From: an uncultured eubacterium 1-6
GTDB lineage: Bacteria; Bacillota; Clostridia; Lachnospirales; Lachnospiraceae
Direction of reading: 5' to 3'
Length of the DNA: 64,000 nt
Assembly (NCBI GenBank): GCA_903789595.1
Contig: CAIFEZ010000003.1
Coordinates: 108,937 to 172,936 of the forward strand
The notes under the pieces were generated by a model that had not been told where the DNA came from, ran no database searches, and saw nothing but the letters and a program-made list of their open reading frames with translations. Shown piece by piece: positions 45,644-55,757 of the stretch (the first letter of the stretch is position 1; every line of letters starts with the position of its first letter). Both the position numbers and the translations under genes were made by a program.

Positions 45644-45912
45644 TGTGACGTCCGTCCTTTTCGTGAAGGGATTTTCCTTTCCCGGTTCAGAAGCACTTTT
45701 TCTATATCTGAATTGTACCACCGTCAGAGAAACAATACAACGTGAGAAAGCAACCGCTGCGAAACTCCGGATGACCAGGCGTCTGTGGAGTGTTCTGCGC
45801 ATCGTGAAGAAAGGGCATTTTTCCCTTAAAAATCGGGATTGCATAGCGGATATTTTTCGTATATGATAGGGGCTGTATCATTTTATAGGATTTTTAAAGA
45901 AAAGGAGAACTT

Positions 45913-47130
45913 ATGAAAAAGAAATTTTTGTGTTTAGGCCTTATTGCCGCACTTTGTGGCGCCATGACTGCCTGCGGTTCTTCAGCGGGTTCATCTTCCG
46001 TATCCTCCGGCTCAGCTTCCGGGACGGTGACAAAGGTATCTGGCGATGCATTTAAACTGGGAGCTTCCGGTCCGCTTTCCGGAGATGCTTCCGTGTATGG
46101 AATTGCGGTAAAAAATGCCGCGGAGCTTGCCATTGACGAGATCAACAAGAAAGGCGGCATTCAGTTTGAGCTGAATTTCCAGGATGACCAGGCAGATACC
46201 GAGGCAGCGGTTAATGCTTACAATACGCTGGCTGACTGGGGGATGCAGGTGTCTCTTCTGACCGTTACCTCCGGATCCGGACAGTCAGTCGCTCCGCTTT
46301 ACAAGCAGGACAATATTTTTGCAATTACACCTTCCGGTTCTTCTACGGCTGTGATCTATCAGGATGCCGAGAACAACAAGGACCCCTACGGAAATATCTT
46401 CCAGATGTGCTTCACGGACCCGAACCAGGGAAAAGCTTCTGCGGATTATCTGGCAGAGCACACAGACCTCGGTACAAAGGTCGGCATCATCTACCGGAAT
46501 GATGACAACTATTCGACCGGAATCTACAATACCTTCGTGGCAGAGGCGAAAGAGAAAAATCTGAAAATCGTAAGCACGGGAACCTTCACAAAGGGCGCGA
46601 CCGACTTCTCGGTTCAGATCAAACAGGCAAAAGATGCAGGAGCGGACATTGTGTTCCTTCCTATTTACTATCAGCCGGCATCGCTGGTTCTCCAGGCGGC
46701 AAAAAACGCAGGCTATACACCGACCTTCTTCGGATGCGACGGAATGGATGGTATTCTTACCCAGGACAACTTTGACAAGTCTCTGGCGGAGGGATTGTAC
46801 ATGCTGACACCGTTCTCTGCAGACGCAACCGATGAGAAAACCCAGAGCTTTGTGAAAGCATACAAGGATAAATACGGCGAGACTCCGAACCAGTTTGCGG
46901 CAGATGCGTACGATGCGGTCAACGCACTGGCGCAGGCACTGGAAAATTCGGATGTAACGCCGAAAAGCTCTACAGACGATATCACGGCAGCACTGACAAA
47001 ACAGTTTACATCCATGACCTTCCAGGGTATTACCGCTCCCGGTGACATCACATGGAATGAGAATGGAGAGGTTTCGAAGGAGCCGCGTGCCATTGTAATT
47101 AAGGATGGCGCTTATGTTTCTGCTGAATAA
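45913..47130 (+). CDS. livJ: Branched-chain amino acid ABC transporter substrate-binding lipoprotein
   Basis: Lipobox MTACGS and a Peripla_BP_6-like body (KLGASGPLSGDASVYG..., ADIVFLPIYY). It lies upstream of livHMGF. Confidence 0.8.
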   Translation: MKKKFLCLGLIAALCGAMTACGSSAGSSSVSSGSASGTVTKVSGDAFKLGASGPLSGDASVYGIAVKNAAELAIDEINKKGGIQFELNFQDDQADTEAAVNAYNTLADWGMQVSLLTVTSGSGQSVAPLYKQDNIFAITPSGSSTAVIYQDAENNKDPYGNIFQMCFTDPNQGKASADYLAEHTDLGTKVGIIYRNDDNYSTGIYNTFVAEAKEKNLKIVSTGTFTKGATDFSVQIKQAKDAGADIVFLPIYYQPASLVLQAAKNAGYTPTFFGCDGMDGILTQDNFDKSLAEGLYMLTPFSADATDEKTQSFVKAYKDKYGETPNQFAADAYDAVNALAQALENSDVTPKSSTDDITAALTKQFTSMTFQGITAPGDITWNENGEVSKEPRAIVIKDGAYVSAE

Positions 47131-47215
47131 GTAAAGAATCTGTCCCGGGGCGCCGGTCTTTTGCGGCGCTTTTGGGGCAGATATCTGTTTTTTCTGAATT
47201 TGAGGAGGTACTCCA

Positions 47216-48094
47216 ATGCAATTCCTGTCATATCTGATCAGCGGTCTGGGGCTGGGAAGCGTCTACGCGATTATGGCGCTCGGATATTCTATGGTTTACG
47301 GAATTGCAAAAATGCTGAACTTCGCGCATGGCGACATCATCATGGTCGGCGCGTATGTTGCGTTCTTTGCAATTTCCGGAGCCGGGATGCCGCCCGCAGT
47401 CGCGATTCTTCTGTCTGTCCTGGTCTGCACCGTGCTTGGCGTTGTCATCGAACGTCTCGCCTATAAGCCGCTCCGTGAGGCATCCTCCCTGGCGGTTCTG
47501 ATCACCGCGATCGGCGTTTCGCATTTTCTGGAAAACGGCGCATTGATTCTCTGGGGCGCGGATTCCAAGTTCTTTCCGTCCAACATCTTCCCACAGGGCG
47601 GACCGACCATCGGATCCCTGACGATCTCCTGGCTGACCATTATTACCATTGCGGTCTGCTGTGTGATTATGATCCTCTTGATGCTGTTTGTGGGACGCAC
47701 AAATACAGGACGCGCGATGCGCGCATGTTCGGAGGACAAGGGCGCGGCTACATTGATGGGAATCAATGTCAATGCGATAATTTCCCTTACCTTTGCCATC
47801 GGTTCCGGACTGGCCGCAATAGCGGCAGTGCTGCTGGGGTCGACATATCCTTCCATTTCGCCGACACTGGGAGCCATGCCCGGAATCAAGGCATTTACCG
47901 CGGCTGTTCTCGGAGGAATCGGTTCGATTCCGGGAGCGTTTCTGGGAGGACTTCTTCTGGGCGTGATCGAGAATCTGTCAAAAGCATATATTTCGCAGCA
48001 GCTTTCTGACGCGATTGTATTTGGAGTATTGGTTGTGATCCTGTTGATTAAGCCTGCCGGGCTTCTGGGCCGCAAGGTAAGCGAAAAAGTCTGA
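47216..48094 (+). CDS. livH: Branched-chain amino acid ABC permease
   Basis: 292 aa with GLGSVYAIMALGYSMVYG, NFAHGDIIMVGAY and GGIGSIPGAFLGG. Confidence 0.85.
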   Translation: MQFLSYLISGLGLGSVYAIMALGYSMVYGIAKMLNFAHGDIIMVGAYVAFFAISGAGMPPAVAILLSVLVCTVLGVVIERLAYKPLREASSLAVLITAIGVSHFLENGALILWGADSKFFPSNIFPQGGPTIGSLTISWLTIITIAVCCVIMILLMLFVGRTNTGRAMRACSEDKGAATLMGINVNAIISLTFAIGSGLAAIAAVLLGSTYPSISPTLGAMPGIKAFTAAVLGGIGSIPGAFLGGLLLGVIENLSKAYISQQLSDAIVFGVLVVILLIKPAGLLGRKVSEKV

Positions 48095-48108
48095 TAAGGA
48101 GGCCGAAG

Positions 48109-49170
48109 ATGAAAGAAAAATTTAAAAGCAATAGAAATTCAACGGTTTCCTATTCTCTTGTGATTGCGCTCTTTATCATTCTGAGCATCATGAGCGGTGC
48201 CGGACTTCTGGGCCGGAAGTATTCCTCTCTTCTGGTTCCGGTTTGCTGCTATATCGTGGCGGCGATCGGACTGAACATGAATGTTGGTATCTCCGGAGAG
48301 CTGAATCTTGGCCAGGCCGGATTTATGTCACTGGGCGCGTTTACCGCAGTGATTGTGGCGGGTGCCTTGAATTTTCATGGCGTAACAGCTCCGGCGCTTG
48401 TTCTTCTGATCTGTATCGTATGCGGGACGTTGATCGCCGGATTTCTCGGCTGGCTGATGTCGATTCCGGTGCTGAAGCTGGAAGGAGATTACCTGGCGAT
48501 CGTGACACTGGCATTCGGTCAGATTATCGTAAATATAATCAACAATGTATATCTCGGCATTGACGAAAACGGGCTGCATTTCAGCTTTGTCAACAACTCG
48601 ATTCAGATGCAGGAAGATGGAAAAATGTTGATCTCAGGGCCGATGGGAGCTACCGGTGTGAATACAGCTTCCAGCTTCCTGGCCGGTTTCCTGCTGGTGC
48701 TGATCTCCCTGATCGTGGTCTATCATATCATGAACAGCCGGAACGGCCGTGCGATCATGGCGTGCCGTGACAACCGGATTGCAGCGTCAACGGTCGGAAT
48801 CAATGCGGTCGCGGAAAAAACGCTTGCCTTCGTTATCTCCGCCGCTCTGGGAGGTGCTGCCGGAGCGCTCTATGGCATGAATTATTCTTCTTTTGCGGCG
48901 ACAAAATTTGATTTCAACCTTTCTATCCTGATTCTGGTTTACGTGGTACTGGGCGGTCTTGGCAATATGACCGGTACGATCATTGCCACGACTCTGCTGG
49001 TGGTGCTTCCGGAGGTGCTTCGATTCCTTTCGATCTACCGGATGCTGATCTATGCGGTTGTTCTGATTGTGATCATGATTGTGACCAATAACCAGACGAT
49101 CCGGCTGAGACTGAAAAATTTACGCCAAAACAAGAAGGAAAGCGGAAAGGGGGCGAAGACCAATGGCTGA
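48109..49170 (+). CDS. livM: Branched-chain amino acid ABC permease
   Basis: 353 aa with GELNLGQAGFMSLGAFT and a polytopic topology. Confidence 0.85.
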   Translation: MKEKFKSNRNSTVSYSLVIALFIILSIMSGAGLLGRKYSSLLVPVCCYIVAAIGLNMNVGISGELNLGQAGFMSLGAFTAVIVAGALNFHGVTAPALVLLICIVCGTLIAGFLGWLMSIPVLKLEGDYLAIVTLAFGQIIVNIINNVYLGIDENGLHFSFVNNSIQMQEDGKMLISGPMGATGVNTASSFLAGFLLVLISLIVVYHIMNSRNGRAIMACRDNRIAASTVGINAVAEKTLAFVISAALGGAAGALYGMNYSSFAATKFDFNLSILILVYVVLGGLGNMTGTIIATTLLVVLPEVLRFLSIYRMLIYAVVLIVIMIVTNNQTIRLRLKNLRQNKKESGKGAKTNG

Positions 49171-49939
49171 GGAGAATAGAAAGCCGATTCTGGAGGTGCA
49201 GGATCTTGGCATTGACTTCGGCGGTCTGACGGCCGTTAATAACCTGAATATGAAAGTCTATCCGGAGCAGATTGATGGTCTGATCGGCCCGAACGGCGCA
49301 GGAAAGACGACGGTTTTCAATATGCTGACAAAGGTATATCAGCCGACCCGCGGGAAAATTTTTCTGGAGGGAAAAGATCTGGAAAAGCTCAATCCGGTGG
49401 AGGCTTCGCAAGCGGGAATCGCCCGCACGTTCCAGAACATCCGTCTCTTCTACAACATGTCGGTTATTGACAACGTGAAGACTGGTATGCACAACCATTT
49501 TCATTACAATAATTTTGATGCCATCTTCCGTACCGGTCGATTCCGCCGCGAGGAAAAGCGGGCGGATCAGGATGCGAGAGAGCTGCTGGAGATCTTTCAT
49601 CTGTCGGAGTATGCGGATCTGACCGCCGGAAACCTTCCGTACGGCCAGCAGCGTCGGCTTGAGATTGCGCGTGCCATGGCGACGCAGCCGAAGCTTTTAC
49701 TGCTCGATGAGCCGGCTGCAGGAATGAACCCGCAGGAGACCGAAGAGCTCATGGCGATGATCCGTGAGGTGCGCGATCACTTTAAGATCGCGATTCTGCT
49801 GATTGAACACGATATGCAGCTGGTTATGCAGATTTGCGAGCACATCACCGTGCTGAATTACGGCATGCTTCTGGCCGAGGGAACGCCGCAGGAGATCCAG
49901 AGCAACCCGGATGTCATCAAAGCTTATATCGGCGATTAA
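49163..49939 (+). CDS. livG: Branched-chain amino acid ABC ATPase
   Basis: GPNGAGKTT, YGQQRRLEIARA, LLLLDEPAAGM and the C-terminal DVIKAYIG. Confidence 0.9.
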   Translation: MAEENRKPILEVQDLGIDFGGLTAVNNLNMKVYPEQIDGLIGPNGAGKTTVFNMLTKVYQPTRGKIFLEGKDLEKLNPVEASQAGIARTFQNIRLFYNMSVIDNVKTGMHNHFHYNNFDAIFRTGRFRREEKRADQDARELLEIFHLSEYADLTAGNLPYGQQRRLEIARAMATQPKLLLLDEPAAGMNPQETEELMAMIREVRDHFKIAILLIEHDMQLVMQICEHITVLNYGMLLAEGTPQEIQSNPDVIKAYIGD

Positions 49940-49953
49940 GGAGGAAATACAGG

Positions 49954-50658
49954 ATGCTGAAAGTTGAAAATCTGAAGGTGCGCTACGGCATGATCGAGGC
50001 AATTAAAGGCATTTCCTTCGAGGTCAAGGATGGAGAAATCGTGACGCTGATCGGCGCAAACGGCGCCGGGAAGACAACAACCATGCATGCGATCTCCGGA
50101 CTTTTAAAACCTGCGGCGGGGTCAATCACCCTGGATGGTCATGATCTGGTGAAGATGCCGCCTCACAAAATCGTTTCGCTGGGACTGGCTCAGGTTCCGG
50201 AGGGCAGGCGTGTCTTTGCACAACAGACCGTAGAGGAAAACCTGGTACTCGGAGCATATACGAGAAAGGACAAGGGAGCGATAGCGGAAGACCAGGAGAA
50301 GGTTTTTGAACTGTTTCCGAGATTGAAGGAGCGGAGGACGCAGCTGGCGGGAACCTTGTCCGGAGGGGAACAGCAGATGCTTGCAATGGGACGCGCGCTC
50401 ATGGCAAAGCCGAAGATTATTCTGATGGATGAGCCGTCCATGGGACTTTCGCCTCTTCTGGTCAAGGAAATTTTTCACATCATTCAGGATATCAATAAAC
50501 AGGGCACAACGGTGCTTCTGGTTGAGCAGAATGCACGTATGGCACTCGCCATTGCGGACAGGGCTTATGTGCTGGAAACGGGGAAGATCACGCTCGAGGG
50601 CACCGGCGCGGAGCTGGCGGAAGATGAGCGGGTGAGAAAGGCTTATCTGGGAGGTTAA
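49954..50658 (+). CDS. livF: Branched-chain amino acid ABC ATPase
   Basis: Start at ATG 49954 after the RBS aaggagg. GANGAGKTT, SGGEQQMLAMGRAL, ILMDEPSMGL and the C-terminal VRKAYLGG. Confidence 0.9.
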   Translation: MLKVENLKVRYGMIEAIKGISFEVKDGEIVTLIGANGAGKTTTMHAISGLLKPAAGSITLDGHDLVKMPPHKIVSLGLAQVPEGRRVFAQQTVEENLVLGAYTRKDKGAIAEDQEKVFELFPRLKERRTQLAGTLSGGEQQMLAMGRALMAKPKIILMDEPSMGLSPLLVKEIFHIIQDINKQGTTVLLVEQNARMALAIADRAYVLETGKITLEGTGAELAEDERVRKAYLGG

Positions 50659-50661
50659 ATT

Positions 50662-51333
50662 ATGTTTGTAAAGGATCATATGACAAAGGACCCTGCGGTT
50701 ATCACGAAGGACGTTTCGCTGATGAAGGCGACGGACATTATGGGGAAGGGAAGATTTCATCGCCTTCCTGTCGTGGATCAGGAAGGAAGACTGATAGGAC
50801 TTGTGACAGGCGGACTGGTCAAGGAAAAATCCGGCGCTGACCGGACTTCCCTGTCTATCTATGAGCTGAATTATCTTCTGACACGGACGACAGTCGGCGA
50901 CGTCATGATTACCGATGTCAGGACCATAGGGCCTGACGCGTTTCTGGAGGAGGCTTCCGGAATTATGGCGGACAACGATATTTCGGTGCTTCCGGTCGTG
51001 GACGATGACCGGAAAGTTCTGGGGATCATCACGGATCGCGATATTTACCGCGCGTTTATTGACCTCACCGGATACCGCAAGCAGGGAACGCGGTTTGTGA
51101 TTTCCTGCGAGGACCGTCCTGGACAGCTTCTCAGGGTTGCACAGCTGTTCGCTGAGGAGAACGCGAATCTGGAGAACCTTGCGGTTTACCACACGGAGCG
51201 GGGAGTTGAGATCGAGATCAAGGCGACCGGTGAGGTTTCTGTGGAACACATGACAGAGGTTCTCAGGGGAGCGGGTTTTGAAGTGACCAACGTCCTTCAG
51301 AGACATGCGGACGGAAGCTGTGACAGATATTGA
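50662..51333 (+). CDS. CBS-pair + ACT domain protein (AcuB-like)
   Basis: Two CBS motifs (HRLPVVDQEGRLIGLVT; ISVLPVVDDDRKVLGIITDRD) are followed by an ACT-like C-terminus (RFVISCEDRPGQLLRVAQLFAEENANL). Confidence 0.8.
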   Translation: MFVKDHMTKDPAVITKDVSLMKATDIMGKGRFHRLPVVDQEGRLIGLVTGGLVKEKSGADRTSLSIYELNYLLTRTTVGDVMITDVRTIGPDAFLEEASGIMADNDISVLPVVDDDRKVLGIITDRDIYRAFIDLTGYRKQGTRFVISCEDRPGQLLRVAQLFAEENANLENLAVYHTERGVEIEIKATGEVSVEHMTEVLRGAGFEVTNVLQRHADGSCDRY

Positions 51334-51435
51334 GAAAAGAAAATTAAGTTTTGTGAGATTTGTTACGGCAAAATCTTTTTTTTCTGGTATACTGTACTCA
51401 TTCTGATAATGAGCACAATTCCAGGAGGTATTAGG

Positions 51436-53295
51436 ATGGATACAAATAATGCAATGTTCTGTTACCAGTGCCAGGAAACGATGAGCGGCACAGGCTGTAC
51501 AAGAGTAGGCATGTGCGGCAAGAAGCCGGACCTGGCCGCGATGCAGGATCTGCTGATTTATGTGACGAAGGGGCTGTCCGCGATTACCACGCAGCTTCGG
51601 AGAGAGAAGACGGAGATCACGGCAGATGTGAACCACATGGTGACCGCAAACCTTTTTGCTACGATCACGAATGCGGATTTCGATAAGGAAGACATCATCT
51701 CCAGAATCGAAGCGACACTCCGGAAGGAAGAGGAACTTCTGGCAAAGGTGAGCAAAAAGGATGCCCTGCCGGAGGCGTCTCTGTGGAGAGGATCCCGTGA
51801 GGAATTCGCGGTCAAGGCTTCCGGCGTCGGAGTTCTTGCAACCAAGGATGAGGATATCCGCAGCTTCCGTGAGCTGATCACCTACGGAGTGAAGGGCCTT
51901 GCCGCTTACGTGAGTCACGCCAATGCGCTGGGGAAGGAAGATACCGATATCGATATGTTCATGCAGAGAGCGCTGGCACAGACCATGGATGATACGCTCA
52001 CGGGCGGAACTCTTCTGGCGCTTGTGATGGAGACCGGACGCTACGGTGTCCGCGGCATGGATCTGCTGGACCGTGCCAATACGGAGGCATACGGAAATCC
52101 GGAGATCACGAAGGTGAATATCGGTGTGCGCAGCAACCCTGCGATCCTGATCTCCGGCCATGATCTGAAGGATCTGGAAATGCTTCTGGAGCAGACGCAG
52201 GGGACCGGCGTGGACGTATACACGCACGGTGAGATGCTTCCGGCGCATTACTATCCGGCCTTCAAAAAATATGAGAATTTTGCGGGAAACTACGGAAATG
52301 TATGGTGGAAGCAGAAGGAAGAATTTGAAAGCTTTAACGGCCCGGTTCTTCTGACCACGAACTGTCTGGTCCCGCCGAAGGATTCTTATAAGGACCGTCT
52401 GTTCACAACCGGAAACGCGGGATATCCGGGATGCGTTCATATTGATGCGGATGAAAACGGCCACAAGGATTTTTCCAGGATCATTGAGCTGGCAAAGACG
52501 CTGCCTTCTCCGACGGAGATCGAAACAGGAGAGATCGTCGGCGGCTTTGCGCACAACCAGGTATTTGAACTTGCGGATAAGGTTGTGGATGCGGTGAAGA
52601 GCGGAGCGATTCAGAAATTCGTTGTGATGGCGGGCTGCGACGGCCGCGCCAAGACCAGAAGCTATTACACGGATTTTGCGAAGGCGCTTCCTAAGGATAC
52701 GGTGATCCTTACAGCAGGCTGCGCAAAGTACAGATACAACAAGCTTGATCTCGGGGACATCAACGGCATTCCGAGGGTGCTGGATGCAGGGCAGTGCAAC
52801 GATTCGTACTCTCTGGTTCAGATTGCGCTGAAGCTGAAAGAGGTGTTCGGATATGACAATCTGAATCAGCTTCCGATCGTCTACAACATCGCCTGGTATG
52901 AGCAGAAGGCCGTGATCGTTCTGCTGGCCCTCCTTTACCTGGATGTGAAGCACATTCACCTCGGACCGACGCTTCCGGCGTTCCTTTCTCCAAACGTGGC
53001 GAACGTGCTGGTGAAGTATTTCGGTATTTCCGGAATCAGCACGGTTCAGCAGGATATGGACTCCATGCTCGGCGGCTCCGATCAGCTGATCCGCGCGGAC
53101 ATGATTGTCGGCGATATTGTACAGGCATATCCTTCGCTGGTGCCGGTTATGCTCAGCTGCGGCCTGCACTGCATCGGCTGCGGCGTGTCCGAGATGGAGA
53201 CGCTCGAGGAAGCATGTATGACCCACGGACTGGATGTATATGATATGCTGGACATTCTGAATGACGAGCTTGCACACGAAAAAAACGGTAAATGA
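51436..53295 (+). CDS. hcp: Hybrid-cluster protein (hydroxylamine reductase) fused to a C-terminal redox-disulfide (DUF1858-like) domain
   Basis: Start at ATG 51436, 7 nt after aggagg. The N-terminal cluster is [16 protein letters not shown], and the Hcp core has [14 protein letters not shown] and GQCNDSYS. The C-terminal roughly 70 aa contains CGLHCIGCG. Confidence 0.85.
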   Translation: MDTNNAMFCYQCQETMSGTGCTRVGMCGKKPDLAAMQDLLIYVTKGLSAITTQLRREKTEITADVNHMVTANLFATITNADFDKEDIISRIEATLRKEEELLAKVSKKDALPEASLWRGSREEFAVKASGVGVLATKDEDIRSFRELITYGVKGLAAYVSHANALGKEDTDIDMFMQRALAQTMDDTLTGGTLLALVMETGRYGVRGMDLLDRANTEAYGNPEITKVNIGVRSNPAILISGHDLKDLEMLLEQTQGTGVDVYTHGEMLPAHYYPAFKKYENFAGNYGNVWWKQKEEFESFNGPVLLTTNCLVPPKDSYKDRLFTTGNAGYPGCVHIDADENGHKDFSRIIELAKTLPSPTEIETGEIVGGFAHNQVFELADKVVDAVKSGAIQKFVVMAGCDGRAKTRSYYTDFAKALPKDTVILTAGCAKYRYNKLDLGDINGIPRVLDAGQCNDSYSLVQIALKLKEVFGYDNLNQLPIVYNIAWYEQKAVIVLLALLYLDVKHIHLGPTLPAFLSPNVANVLVKYFGISGISTVQQDMDSMLGGSDQLIRADMIVGDIVQAYPSLVPVMLSCGLHCIGCGVSEMETLEEACMTHGLDVYDMLDILNDELAHEKNGK

Positions 53296-53310
53296 TCTGA
53301 CGGAAATATG

Positions 53311-53360
53311 AGAGTCCGCCGCACCGGCTGCAGATGCAGCTGGTGCGGCGGACTCTTTCT
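53311..53360. terminator. Bidirectional terminator (hcp / SPFH gene convergent)
   Basis: agagtccgccgcacc(53311-53325)/ggtgcggcggactct(53342-53356) form a 15-bp perfect stem followed by ttt. Confidence 0.75.
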
Positions 53361-53453
53361 GTAAGTAATAATATTAGAAAAAGATGAGCAAAACGTAAAG
53401 CGGAGCAGGAATTTTTCCTGCTCCGCTTGCGGTGTGTCCTTTTTTGCGGCGTT

Positions 53454-54506
53454 TTATATTTCCGTGTTATCAGAGTGCTGATCCTCAGAGGTCACGGAAG
53501 AATTAATCGCGGCAGTTGCTGCCGCCGCTTCCCGGCCGCCCCGGCCGGTTTCGTCCGTGATGCAGGGATCCTTCGGAGCAGCCGGCTTCGGTTTGGCGTT
53601 CCGGTTGACAGGTGTCGCATCACCGATTCCCAGCGCCTCGCCGGCTACGCCGAGAGAGGAAATGACATTCGCGATATCAGAAGGCATGTAGATCTTGGTG
53701 GCTCTTCCATCGGAGACATCCTTGAGAGCCTCGATCCCCTTCAGCTTCAGGACGCTTTCGCTGATGCCTGCCCTGTTCAGATCGCTGATACCTGCCGCTT
53801 CCGCCTCATAGACAAGCTTGATGGATTTGGCGCGTCCTTCGGCCAGAGCGATCTGCGCGTCGCGTTCCGCCTCGGCGGCCAGGATTTTCGCTTTCTTGTC
53901 GCCTTCTGCCCGGCTTACAACGGCTTCCTGATGCGCCTGTGCCTCGAGAACGGTCTGACGGCGTTCGCGCTCCGCACGCATCTGCTTGGTCATGACCTCT
54001 TCGATCTCTTTCGGGGGCTGGATATTCTTGATCTCCACGCGGGTGACCTTGATGCCCCAGGGATCGGTCGCCTCGTCGAGAATCGCCTGCATTTTTCCGT
54101 TGATCGTCTCGCGGGAGGTGAGGGTCTGATCCAGTTCCATATCGCCGATGATGTTCCGCAGCGTCGTGGCGGAAAGATTCTGGAGACCGGCGATCGGGTT
54201 TTCAATTCCGTAGGTATAGAGCTTCGGATCAAACACATAACAGAAAACGACAGAATCGATCATCATGGTGACGTTGTCCTTGGTGATGACCGGCTGTGGC
54301 GGGAAATCCAGGACCTGTTCCTTCAGGGAAACCTTTTTTGCAATTTTCTCCACGACCGGCATCTTCAGATGAAGACCCGCGTTCCAGATTGTCTTGAACT
54401 TTCCGAGGTGTTCGATGACGTATGCTTCCGCCTGCGGAACAATTCGGATATTCGCCGCAATAAGCCAGATGATGAGGACTGCCAGAATAATCCAGATAAT
54501 AAACAT
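53454..54506 (-). CDS. SPFH/band-7 (stomatin/prohibitin-like) membrane protein
   Basis: Start at ATG 54506 (RBS aaaggag). The TM anchor is MFIIWIILAVLIIWLIAA, followed by the SPFH core (IRIVPQAEAYVIEHLGKF ... WGIKVTRVEIKNIQPP) and an A/E-rich coiled coil. Confidence 0.85.
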   Translation of the reverse strand: MFIIWIILAVLIIWLIAANIRIVPQAEAYVIEHLGKFKTIWNAGLHLKMPVVEKIAKKVSLKEQVLDFPPQPVITKDNVTMMIDSVVFCYVFDPKLYTYGIENPIAGLQNLSATTLRNIIGDMELDQTLTSRETINGKMQAILDEATDPWGIKVTRVEIKNIQPPKEIEEVMTKQMRAERERRQTVLEAQAHQEAVVSRAEGDKKAKILAAEAERDAQIALAEGRAKSIKLVYEAEAAGISDLNRAGISESVLKLKGIEALKDVSDGRATKIYMPSDIANVISSLGVAGEALGIGDATPVNRNAKPKPAAPKDPCITDETGRGGREAAAATAAINSSVTSEDQHSDNTEI

Positions 54507-54525
54507 GAGAATACTCCTTTCCCAA

Positions 54526-54823
54526 ATACCTGTTGTCGTCGCAAAGCCATAGCCGGCCTTGCACACCCTTCGGGTGTGCGCCCGTCTCTGTCATGCGACT
54601 GGACTTATACAATAAACGGTTAACGATACATAGTGCTACAAACTGTATAAGTCTCCGCGTCACTTCGCTGCTTTGCAGCTTCCGTGCCGCTAACAGGTAT
54701 TCGCATTTCCGCGGTGTTCCACACCGCTTCATGCTCATACCTGTTGTCGTCGCAAAGCCATAGCCGGCCTTGCACGCCCTTCGGGTGTGCGCCCGTCTCT
54801 GTCATGCGACTGGACTTATACAG
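54526..54823. repeat. Rep-B element, copy 2 (11-bp TIR element plus an 86-bp direct duplication)
   Basis: The 86-bp direct repeats 54526-54611 and 54737-54822 differ at 1 nt. The TIR is ctgtataagtc(54643-54653)/gacttatacag(54813-54823). Each 86-mer contains the hairpin gcacaccc-ttcg-gggtgtgc. Confidence 0.8.
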
Positions 54824-54988
54824 TAAGTATATCATGACATTTTCGGCATCGCATTAAATATTTTCGGAAAATAAAAACTGTGAAAGCAACAGTAAAGCGC
54901 AGACGGATTGTTTTTTCTGTACCCGGCGATATATAATACAGGCAGTGACACGTTACGTAGAATAATCTGACAGAAATGTGAGGGTGGT

Positions 54989-55741
54989 ATGCGATTCGAA
55001 AAGAAACATGTTGAGGTGATTGATGATCCGGTCCGTCACGCGGAATCCGTGTATCAGAGAAAATTCCGCGTTGCGCAGCGGGTCATACCCTGGGAGCCGT
55101 TTCTCAGTGTATGCGTGACCTCTCAGTTTGCTTCCCTGGGTAAGGGGTATGAGAGACACTGCGGCCCTGTGGCGATCACAAACCTGATTCTAGCCCTCCG
55201 CAGGCAATGTTTTTCTTCCGTGAATGAGGGACAGCCGGGGGGAAGTAATCACGTAAATGCGGACAGGCTTCATGAACAACAAAATTCCGGTCAGCGGCTT
55301 CTGCCGGAGGATGTCTTTCTCTGTGTGAGCGGAATCGGTGAAAAAATGCTGATTTATCACAACATGGATCTTTTTCATCATTTCGGGGGAACCAGTGACG
55401 CTCTGACAGGACTTTATATTCGCACCTGTCTGAAGAAGTATCACATGAAGTGCTGCGTTTCGCCGTGCATTCCGCTGCGGAAGGGGCTTTTCATGGAGTG
55501 GGCGAAGCAGAACCGGACTCTGTATCTGAAGCTTCGGAATCATCCCTGCTATGGAAACCATCATGTGATCTGCTACGGCGCAGTCGAGGTGGAAAGTGAG
55601 GACAGGGAGGAACACGGGCTGTATCTCGCGATCGCGGACGGATGGGCGCCGCATCTGAGATATCTTGCGGTTTCCGGACTCGGAATCTGTTCCGGATATC
55701 AGATCATTCCCGAAGAAAACAGAAAAAAAGGACAGGCGTAA
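54989..55741 (+). CDS. Hypothetical protein, possible papain-fold (C39-like) cysteine peptidase
   Basis: 250 aa with the RBS gagggtgg. The candidate catalytic residues are Q..HCGPVAITN (Cys), GNHHVICYG (His) and IADGW (Asp). The assignment rests on motif pattern only. Confidence 0.35.
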   Translation: MRFEKKHVEVIDDPVRHAESVYQRKFRVAQRVIPWEPFLSVCVTSQFASLGKGYERHCGPVAITNLILALRRQCFSSVNEGQPGGSNHVNADRLHEQQNSGQRLLPEDVFLCVSGIGEKMLIYHNMDLFHHFGGTSDALTGLYIRTCLKKYHMKCCVSPCIPLRKGLFMEWAKQNRTLYLKLRNHPCYGNHHVICYGAVEVESEDREEHGLYLAIADGWAPHLRYLAVSGLGICSGYQIIPEENRKKGQA

Positions 55742-55757
55742 GCGGAGAGGTATCGGT

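Noticed and set aside
45644-45844. A 67-aa N-terminal extension of DgkA from ATG 45844.
   Set aside because: There is no RBS. The extension is basic and low-complexity and is absent from typical DgkA proteins of about 120 aa. A TTG with an RBS at 45643 fits better, though this remains uncertain.
51360-51400. A possible HcpR/CRP-type operator (ttgtgagatttgttacgg) upstream of hcp.
   Set aside because: Only one half-site is recognisable and the sequence is not palindromic. I cannot support it without a genome-wide motif model.
50122-53277. A 1051-aa ORF on the minus strand spanning livF, the CBS/ACT gene and hcp.
   Set aside because: It is entirely antisense to three well-supported genes that carry strong family motifs. 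The translation is R/H/L/Q-rich low-information sequence with no recognisable domain, RBS or promoter. This is typical of a stop-codon-poor antisense frame in GC3-rich coding DNA.
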